Below are positions 43,763 through 55,400 of a stretch of 64,000 nucleotides of DNA, one piece after another (position 1 is the stretch's first letter; every line of letters starts with the position of its first letter). The position numbers and the translations under genes are program-made. Below the pieces are notes generated by a model. That model was not told the origin of the DNA, did not search any database, and was given only the letters and a program-made list of their open reading frames with translations. This DNA comes from the human T2T-CHM13v2.0 reference genome, Homo sapiens. Location: the NCBI RefSeq assembly GCF_009914755.1, contig NC_060932.1; one strand, given 5' to 3'.

Positions 43763-44305
43763 TATTATTCACAATACCCAAGATATGAAATCAGCCTAAA
43801 TGTCCATCAACAGATGAATGGGTAAGAAAGGATGCTGTATATATTCACAATGGAATATTATTCAGTCATAAAATATAATGAAATCCAGTCCTTCCCAACA
43901 ACAATGATGGAACCAGAGGGCATTATGTTCAGTGAAATAAGCCAAGAACTTAAAGATAAATATCACATATTAAGTTATCCCACGAAAATGGTGAATAGAA
44001 TTATGGTTACCAGAGGCTGGAAAGGGTAGGGAATAGGGGGATGAAGAGAGGTTTGGTAATGGATATAAAAATACCGTTAGATACAAGAAGTAAATTCTGA
44101 TATTCAACAGCACATCTAGTAGGTTGATCATGGTTAACAATAATTATCATATATTTCAAGAGATTTGGCATGTTCCTAACACAATGAAATAACAAATGTT
44201 TAAGGTGGTAAATATCCTATTACCCTGACTTAATCATTAAACGTTGAAACAAAATGTCACATGTTCCCCATAAATACGTACAATTATTATGTATCAATAA
44301 ATAAA
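43763..44305 (+). mobile_element. L1MA-type 3' fragment nested in the older L1
   Basis: ttattcacaatacccaagatatgaaatcagcctaaatgtccatcaacagatgaatgg...caattattatgtatcaataaataaa. Confidence 0.8.
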
Positions 44306-45061
44306 TGACAATTTTAAAAAGCAATTCACTACCCATCCCCAAAATTAAGCTGCTAACACCTAAAATAGCCTGTTACATGTATAAGGTGTTTTCTGTAAGC
44401 CTCAGCATAACAACAAAGCAAAGGTCTATAAAACATACACAAAACATCAAAAGAAAATATCCAACTCATATCATTACAGAAAGTTATCAAACCACAAAGG
44501 AAGAAGGCAAGAAAGGAAGAAACAAACAAAGGATCTACAAAACAGCCAGAAAACAATGAACAAAATGGCACTAGTAAGTTCTTACCTAGCAGTAATTACG
44601 TGAATATAAATGAATTTAATTCTCCAATCAAGTCACAGAGTAGTTGAATGGATGAAAAAACAAGACCCAACTCTATGCTGCCTACAAGAGACACCCTGTT
44701 TTTCCTGTAAGGACACACATGGACTGAAAGTGGAGAGTTAGAAAAAGATATTCCACGCAAAGGGAATCCAGAAAAGAGCAAGAGGAGCTATATCAGATAA
44801 AATAGACTTTATGTCAAAAATTGTAAAAAGAGACAAAAAAAGGTCATTACCTAATAATAAAGGGGTCGATTTTGTAAGAGGACATATTAATTGTAAACCT
44901 GTATGCACCCAAGATCAGAGCACCTAAATGTATGAAGCAAATATTAATAGATCTGAAAGGAGAGATAGACTGCAATACAGTAATAGTGGGCAACTTCAAC
45001 ACCCCATTTTCAGCAATGAAGAGATATCCAGATGGAAAACCAGGAAGTAAACATCAGACTT

Positions 45062-45483
45062 TGTGTTAGGCTGCTCTTGCATTGTTATAAAGGAATACCT
45101 GAGACTGAGTGATTTATAAATAAAAGAGGTTTAATTGGCTCACAGTTCTGCAGGCTACAGAAGCATGGCACTGTGATCTGCTCGGCTTCTAGGGAGGCCT
45201 CAGAGAACTTTTATTCATGCTAGAAGGTGAACTGGGACCAGACACATCACACGGCCACAATAGGAGCAAGAGAGAGACAGGAGAAAGTGTGACACACTTT
45301 TAAACAACCAGATCTTGCGAGAACTCACTCACTATTGCAAGGACGGCACTAAGAGGATGGTGCTAGACCATTAATGAGCAATCCACTCCCATGATTCACT
45401 CATGTCCCATCAGGTCCCACCTCCAATGTTGGGGAGTACAATTTAACATGAGATTTAGGGGGACAAACAACCAAATTATATCA
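45062..45483 (-). mobile_element. MST-type solo LTR
   Basis: tgtgttaggctgctcttgcattgttataaaggaatacctgagactg...caaattatatca; TSD gactt on both sides. Confidence 0.9.
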
Positions 45484-47753
45484 GACTTAATTTGATACTC
45501 TAGACCAAATGGACCTACTAGACATACACAGAACATCCCACCCAACACAAACAGAATCTTCTCAAGTTAACACAGAACACTCTCCAGCAAAGACCATATG
45601 TTAGGCCACAAAACAAGTTTTAACAAATTTGAGAAGACCAAAATCATATCAATGATCTTTTCTGACTACACTGGTATGAAACTAGAAATCAGTAACAGGA
45701 GGAGTCATTGAAAATGAACAAGTTTGTGGAAATTAAACAATATGCTCCTAAACAATGATCGGGTCAATGAAGAAATTAAAGGGGAAACTAAAAAATATCT
45801 TGAGACAAAAGCAGCTCTAAAAGGGAAGTTTATAGCATTACACCTATATGAAAAAAGAAGAAAAGTTGTCAAATGAAAAAACTAATGTTACATCCCACAG
45901 AACTAAAAAAAGAACAACCTATGACTAAAGTTAGCAGAAGAAAAGAAATCACAAAGATCAGAGAATATATAAAGGAAATAGAAAGTAGAAAAACTTCAGA
46001 AAATATCATCCAAAATAAAAGTTGAGTTTTTTTGAAAAGCAAAACAAACTGACAAAATTTTAGCTAGAAAAAAGAAAGGTCAAAATCAGAAATGTAAGAA
46101 GTGATATTATAATTGATAGCACAGAAATCAAAGATCATAAGAGACAACTATGAAAAACCATTCACCAACAAATTGGACAACCTATTATTTCATTCTAACA
46201 GCAGGAAGGTGAGCTTCTTAATAGGAACCTATCCTGTTTTTCAGAAACTTAAGGAACGGTGAGTTCAAATGCTGTTTTGGTGATCTGTAACACCATCCAG
46301 CTGCTTTCTCTGTAAATAATTATTAGTTTGTTTTTTTTTTTCTATGTGTTTTTCAGAATAACTGCAATAGTTACAATTTAATCATTAGTACTAAACTTTC
46401 ACTCTATCAGGCCACTGATTTGGGGGAGTTGTTATGCCATACATTCTAACAGAACCTGAAAATGCTTTCAAATGAATCAACACTCTACAGAGCTTTATTA
46501 AAGGGGTGGAAGATATGAATCCTTGAATGGGCAAATAAGTGTGGGCTTCCTGTTCTCTTTTTTCTTGGCAAATGATCTAACTCCTTTAGATTATCTCATT
46601 ATTTTCCAGGGGTTTAGTCATCTTCTCTGACAAGTAAGACAAGAACTAAACCAGTACTGTGGTATTGTCTTATTCATCAGAGAAGATTATTGGCCAGACT
46701 GTGTAGAGATAGAGGTTTTGAAATCTCTCTTAAGCAAGAAAACTTGGGGAGATGATCAAATGCCTTAAGACAGCTTTTTTGTGGAATAATCAGTGTGAAA
46801 AACTTCTGGGGTCAAAATTATGTTGCCCGATGAGCACAGGCAGTCTACTAGGGGGTTCAGTAAAGATATGCAGGTCCACATACGACTCAAGAATGAATAG
46901 AGATCTGGGCAGATTATAAGCATGAAGGGAGTTTCCCTCCTTCTCATGGAGGTTTAAACTAGGTTCACAGTAGGCAGGGACTCTGCCTCATTTTTCATTT
47001 AACCAGGAGGCATGCAGTAAATATTTGTTGGATACATGAATGAATCATTCCAGGCTCTGTTAGCACAGTGCCTGACAAAAGTAGCGTTCAAAACTTATTA
47101 TTGAATGATGGCATGAGGTATAAATATATGCTTTATTCTTGGAAGGGAATCTACATATAGCTGTGCTACTGGGGTCAACTTTACCCCACTCCACACCCAC
47201 ATCATGCAGGCTCCTGAATTGGTGGTAGCCGCCTAGTGTGAGGTGGAAATGGACATGAACAGCACTGGCCCTGGGAGAGAGAGTCAACCTCCCTGTGCGA
47301 TTCCCTGGCTCCTGCTGCTCCCAACCAGCTAGTCAGCCCTGCAGACCAAGGGAGAAGTGGGCATATGCCTTTAGTGATGGGGGGTGGGTGTCAGAGGAAG
47401 GGGGTGGAAATTAGTTTGGGGAAGGGAACCAGAAATAACAATGGATTTGAAATGCACCAGTTATAAAGCAATGGCTTGACTGAATTCAACCTTTTAATGG
47501 AAAAATCTAACAATGAATTATCTCATTGTTTCCCCAGTACATGCTCTCTTTGTTGCATTCATAGAATCATAAAAAAATATGAGGGGGAAAGGAATTGTAG
47601 ACACACTTGGCACCAACACCCTCAGTTTGCAAATTAAGAAAGAGCCCTTTACACCCAAGCATCCTCAAGTCACACACTCACTCTGATGGGTAGGGACTTT
47701 GTCACTCTTCCTGCCCTTTCACCCAGTCTTGTCCATCCCCAAGAAAGGGATTC

Positions 47754-48130
47754 TGTATTAGTCGGCTTTCACACTGCTATGAAGAAATACCCAAGGCTGG
47801 GTAATTTATAAAGGAAAGAGGTTTAATTGACTCACAGTTCTGAGTGGCTGGGGAGGCCTCAGGAAACCTACAATCATGGCAGAAGGCAAAGGAGAAGCAA
47901 GTACCTTTTTCACGCGGTGGCAGGAAAGAGAGAGAGCGAAGGAGGAACTGCAAAACACTTATAAAACCATCAGATCTCACAAGAACTCACTCACCATCGT
48001 AAGAACAGCATGGGGGAACCACCCCATGATCCAATCACCTCCCACCGGGTCTCTCCCTCAGCACGTGGGGATTATGGGGATTACAATTCAAGTTGAGATT
48101 TGGGTGGGGACACAGAGCCAAACCACATTA
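47754..48130 (-). mobile_element. THE1/MSTA solo LTR
   Basis: tgtattagtcggctttcacactgctatgaagaaatacc...gagatttgggtggggacacagagccaaaccaca. Confidence 0.9.
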
Positions 48131-49449
48131 GATTTTGTCTGTAAACAAGTTAAAGATTAAACAAACTGAGCTGGTACTCCAGGCCACACCACCATGCAGG
48201 GTGTGGCTGGCCAGCCCTGAGGGATGGGAGAAGCAAAGACTAGGAAAGAACAGCCAATGAGGGCTGTCCCTGCATTCCGTGGTGACCAGCCTCTAGCAGC
48301 CCAGCCCCAGGGTAGTGAACAAAGTCTGCTTCCTCCAGGAGTGTTGACCTCCTATGTGAGGAGCAGCCACCAGGGTGCCTGCTAGATACGGTGGAACCAA
48401 AATTTCAAAGGGCAAGAAAAGAGGGTTCGGCCAAGGGGCAGACTCCAGCGTGGCAGGCTGGCAGGCTGAAGACTGCAGATTGCAGCATAAACAAATACTG
48501 AGGAAGTCAGGAAAAAGGTCACACTGAGCCATTAGGATTGCTCTGCTTCAGTCTCTGGCGTGGGAACTACAAGCTTCCAGGAGACAGGGACATGGATGAA
48601 AACGGATGGACAGGAAGGGAGGGATGGGCTTGGCTGCCATGAGGTGGGAGGCTGTAGAGCTGGTGAGTCTGAGGAGCAGCAAAACAATTCGGACTGAATT
48701 TCACTCCCGTGCAATGAAAAGCCAATCCCTGCATTTGTTCAACACCCAGGAAACGTATGCCAAGCTCCTCAGTCAGGCACTGTGAGAAATGAGACAGACA
48801 AAGCCTTCACTTCTCCTTCAGGGAGGAAACTGATACGAAAACAACTAATGTTGACCTAAAAACATGTTTCTTTTACTGCTTGTTGTAATGCACATTTAGT
48901 TTTTGTCTCCTGGCAAAGAGAAAACGGGATTAATTCTGACTGACACTTCTGAGAATGCATCATAGGGGGTAACATTTGAGCTCTTAGGATTTCTACAGGC
49001 CAAGAAGTCTGAAAAGGGTAATCAATTCAAGCCCTAACCTACTTTTACATTTTTACTCCTGTCACTCTCCTGGAAGCCAGCCCTGGTCTGAAGCCCCTCC
49101 ATCCCTCTCCGGGGTCACCCCAGCTCATGCTCATTCCCAATTCCCAATCCTAATTTGTGCTTTTCATGCCCCAAGAAAGGCAACATAGGCCTAGAGAAGC
49201 ATAAACAAATTTGAATTCATTTTTATATCTCTGTTAAAATGCTCCTTTCTGTGAAACCTTTTTTCAGGTCACCGAGACACAAATAATGGCTTCTTCATTT
49301 GTGTTCCAATTATACCTAGTATGCCTGGCCATTTCAGAGTCTGTCATGGCGTGTTATTTATTTGTTTGCCTCACTTCATCTCTGACCGGGTTGTGAATGC
49401 ATTCACTTAATCAGCACTTATTGGATACTAACCATGTAACTAGCATCTG

Positions 49450-51600
<2,151 letters not shown>

Positions 51601-52062
51601 ATTTTTCGGAGGGCATTACAATCTTTGTCTCTTTGGAGAGTCAAAAGACTTTTATTTACAGCTTTATTATTATTTACATGCCACCAAAATTCATCTGAGT
51701 TTAATCAATTTGCATTCATGTTGATTGCCTATAGATTTGGATTTAATTCTTCCATCATAGTTTGTATCTTCCATTCACTTCACTTAGTTCCTAGGTTTTA
51801 TTCTTTCCCTCTCTCTGCCCTCCTGCTGGATTGAGATCTTTCCACCTCATTCCATGTTTTTCCCTTTTAGTTTATACCGTTTCTATCTTTTGGTGGTTAT
51901 CTTAGAATATGCATATTTAAATTCTAACTTTTACTCCTTACAAATAAAAAACCTGAGAATAATTCAATTCCAGCCACTTCTATAACTTACATATCATATT
52001 GTCCAATATTCTAGATATACCTTGATTTTTAAGCCTACAAATTACAAAACATTGTTTTATAC

Positions 52063-52563
52063 CTGCATTGACCAATAACCTTCTTTGATATATAAATGTT
52101 CTGTATCTGTGCTATCCAATATGTTAATCACTAGGGCTACTGAGCACTTAAAATGTGGCTAATACAACCCAAGAACTGAGTACTTAATTAATTCAATTTA
52201 TTAAGTGATACATTATTTATTTATTTTGAGATGGAGTTTTGCTCTCTTGCCGTGGCTGGAGTGCAGTGGTGTGATCTTGGCTCACTGCAGCCTCTGCCTC
52301 TCAGGTTTGTGATTCTCCTGCCTCAGCCCCCCAATTAGCTGGGATTACAGGCGGCTGCCACCACACCCAGCTGATTTTTGTATTTTTAGTGGAGAAGGGT
52401 TTCACCATGTTGGCCAGGCTGGTCTCAAACTCCCGACTTCAAGTTGATCTGCCTGCCTTGGCCTCCCAAAGTGTTGGGATTACAGGCATGAGCCACCGTG
52501 CCCAGCCAATTTTATTTAATTTAAATAGCCACTGATGGCTGCTGGCTACCAAAATGAAGACCA
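52063..52563. mobile_element. MER3-like DNA transposon split by an Alu
   Basis: aaatgttctgtatctgtgctatccaatat...ctactgagcacttaaaatgtggcta...aatagccactgatggct. Confidence 0.6.
52215..52507 (-). mobile_element. Alu (S-type)
   Basis: ttttgagatggagttttgctctc...ggcatgagccaccgtgcccagcc. Confidence 0.95.
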
Positions 52564-52964
52564 GTTTCATGCAATGGGCATGCTTAGATTCAAAACATCC
52601 CCCTTATCTGTGCTCCTCATTTCTTTGTAAGATCATCTTCCTTCTTAAGTTTCATTTTCTTAAGAGATAGGATGACATGAAGGGATTTTTCAGCAAGCAA
52701 AAATAATGAACAACTGACACTCAAAGTGAAAAATATTTACAGGGGTGTTGAATTCTAGACTTCTTGTTTCCTCAGCAATTTTCATATTTCCAGCTTTCAT
52801 TGTTGCTGTTGAGAAATCAGCTGTCAATCTGTCTTCCTTCTCAGGGCACCTGTTTTTCTTCTCTGGCTAAGGATTGTAAGATTATTGGATCCGGTTTTTA
52901 TGTTCTACAGTGATGTGCAGATACCCCAGGGTGTGTGTTTAAAATTTACTTGGAAGTTGTTGGA

Positions 52965-53330
52965 AGCCGTGTCACTTTCATTCCTCCAGCAAACAGATTC
53001 AGAGACTAAGTGATGAGTGTAAAAGGGCTATCAAGGGCTAACACCTGTGAAAGACAAGGGCCGAAAGCAGAATGGTACCGGGAGAGCCTCACACCACGAT
53101 GCAGAGTGAACAGTCTCAAATAACTCACGGGGAACCGTGGAGCAGTCTGCCTATTAAAGGAGTGCTTAGTCACTGGGTGGAGGCCACCCACACAGTGCAT
53201 GTCCTTAGCTCAATGGCTGAAGCAGATGCAGAAGGCAATGGTCTGGACTGTCAACAATCTACACTCCTTGCAGCTGAATGGCCAGTTATTTCTCAAAAAA
53301 GATCAAGAGGTGCACCTCCATGGCTGCCAC
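52965..53330 (-). mobile_element. Old MLT1-type LTR
   Basis: ttcctccagcaaacagattcagagact...gagcctcacaccacgatgcag...gcttagtcactggg. Confidence 0.5.
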
Positions 53331-53789
53331 AGGTTTCCCAAATCTCAAGACTGTTGTTCTCTTTCATCAAGCGGGGAAAATCTCAGCCCAGACATCTCTT
53401 CATTTCCCACCAACCCAGTCATTCGTTAAAAAAATAAATTCTATCAAGCATTTTCAGTTCAGCCACACCAGAGAGACTTTTGAGAACATCTAGCATGCTA
53501 CAATGCCAATTAGAAACCTGTTTTAAATTGTGTACCCTGGGAAAATTTCCCATTTTATCAAATTTTTAAGGAGTGAGGGGCCTCTTGTCTGAATAGCTGC
53601 TCAGTAAGTGTGATTTCCTCACTCCAAGACACTTAGAAAACACCAGCCACACTGGACCACTTCTGCAACAAAGCACTCACCTGGGACAGAAGCCATCTGA
53701 CATCTGCTGTCTGTCCTCACCCCTATCCCTCTCATTAGGTAACAGCAAACTTCCCTCTACCCCCACTCAGCTCCACCCTCTGCCAGGAA

Positions 53790-54140
53790 ACTTTTACTTT
53801 CTGACTCCAGGAGGGTAGTGAGGCATGTCAGTCACTGCCCCACAACTGGAGCCAGCAACTGGTTCAGAGGTGGCCATGTGGCCCAACTTACATCCATGAT
53901 CTGGAAAGGTACAGCTCCCTTCCACCCTTTGAATTTTGAGCTGCGGAATGCGGCCCGGGCTACTAAGGCAGATAAAAGAATGAGACTCAAACAGGCAGAA
54001 GCCAAGAGAGCAGAGAAGACCATGGTGTTCTGTCCCGGACACACGGTGCCTGGATGGGCTCCAGCTTCTCCCGAGTGCCAGGTGCCCATACACCCCACCC
54101 CGGGGTTGTCCTCCCTTCCAGTGAGTTTTGGACTAAGGCG
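53790..54140. mobile_element. Old MLT1-type LTR
   Basis: gcaactggttcagaggtggccatgtggcccaa motif and MLT1-like tail. Confidence 0.45.
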
Positions 54141-54219
54141 GATAATTGGCAAAGGACATTCTCTTCCTGTCCTATGGCCCCTGTGAACACGGGCAGGGGA
54201 AGAAGGGCTAGTGATTGTC

Positions 54220-55299
54220 TCACCCCAAACTCCTCCCACCCACCCCTACCAAGGTTCCTCTTCTCTGACTCTGCAAACCTCTGGGAAGCTCTCAGGCCTC
54301 ACAGAGAAGACTGGAGGGCCGGATCTGGTTCACTCTTTCCCTAGGGTCTGAAGGATCTGCGCCCTGTGTTCAAGGACGACGCTGAAACATTCTTTTCTGC
54401 GTGCCTGATCTGAGGCCTCACAACTCAGGTGAGCAAGACTGTGTCCCTTTCACATGGAGAAGCCGAGTTCCACGGAGGTTGAGTGAGGAGCCGGCATCAC
54501 ACAAGGACTCGGAGGGGCTCCTCGAGACTCGCGGGACAGAGACGGCAGCCCCAGGTGGGAAAGGCCCAGGCCAGGGACACGCTGGGCCTGGGGTGGGGGA
54601 AGGGGGGAGCCCTCGGGCGCCCCCACGAGGCCGGCGCGCTCCAGGTCCTGGACGGGATCGTCCCCTTGCGGGCCCAGTGCAGGGAGCGCGGGGAGCTGGC
54701 CGCCTTCTTCCTGCTTAGGTTTTGGCGCCGCCGCTTCTTCTCCACCTCGTCCGCCCCGCGCTCCTCCCGCTGGCGGCGCCGCCGCCGCCGCTCCCGCGCT
54801 TCTCCCTGCGCCTCAAGCCCCTAGGGCAGGCGCTAGGCGTTCCGGATTGTCGCGCCCTCCGCCTGGTTCGGCAGGTCTGTCCGCGGCCCCTTCACGTTGG
54901 CCTCCAGCTCTCGTGCCTTCCGCTGGTCCCGGCCCCGGAGTTCAGCAGCGCCCGGACTTCCTCCCTTTCCGCTGCGCGAGGCTCCCCTTCAGCTCCTGCC
55001 TCTTCCTCCTCTTTGCGCCTTGCTGGCCGGCTCGTGCTCATTCACCTCCACCTTGTGGACGACCAGCCCCGACGGCTCCTGCGGCTCCTTGCAGGCCACC
55101 TCTGGGTGGGCTTGATCGCCGCCCCGGCCCTCGGCCCTCTCGGCCTTGGCCTTTGCTCCCTTCCCTTTTTGCCGCAGCTCTTTCGCTTCCTCTTCCGGTC
55201 CCGCTCCTTCTCTCGTCGCCTTTTCTCCAAAGCGCTTGGCCTCAGCTCCTTAGCATTGTCCTGGCCCCGGGCCTCCTGTATTTCCTCCTGCAGTCGCAG
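54220..55299 (-). pseudogene. SURF6: 5'-truncated processed pseudogene of SURF6 (C-terminal CDS plus 3'UTR)
   Basis: Minus strand reads LQEEIQEARGQDNAKELRPSALEKRRREKERDRKRKRK / ACKEPQEPSGLVVHKVEVNEHEPASKAQR / ELRGRDQRKARELEA / RRRQNLSRKKAA / QDLERAGLV (ending 54624), matching in order recalled SURF6 segments (IQEARGQGSAKEL, NKVEVSEDEPASKAQR, RRRQNLRRKKAA, C-terminal QDLERAGLV). Frameshifts and stops; no introns; UTR-like continuation ctttcccacctgggg...; no clear poly(A) or TSD. Confidence 0.88.
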
Positions 55300-55400
55300 T
55301 GGTTTTAATGTATGGGGGAAAGAGAACCATTGTACAGGCCTTTGATGAGGTCGCTATCTTCTAGTGAGCGTTTGCCCTGGGACGTGACTTTCGAAAGTGC
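54470..55400. promoter_or_regulatory. CpG island
   Basis: The only strongly GC- and CpG-rich stretch in the window; GC boxes and a (GCC)n run at ~54777-54790. Confidence 0.85.

Larger units (their letters stand above)
41200..46185 (+). mobile_element. Old L1 (repeated 5'UTR, ORF1, 5' ORF2) with nested elements
   Basis: ORF1 motifs (gatcaagcagaagaaaggatcagtgaactc), EN motif atgctgcctacaagagac, ends ...caacaaattggacaaccta. Confidence 0.8.

Noticed and set aside
54722-55345. 207-aa + strand ORF (and overlapping 54401-55308 ORFs) as a novel protein
   Set aside because: Starts at TTG; Leu/Pro/Ser/Arg-rich antisense shadow of the GC-rich SURF6 copy, where stops are rare.
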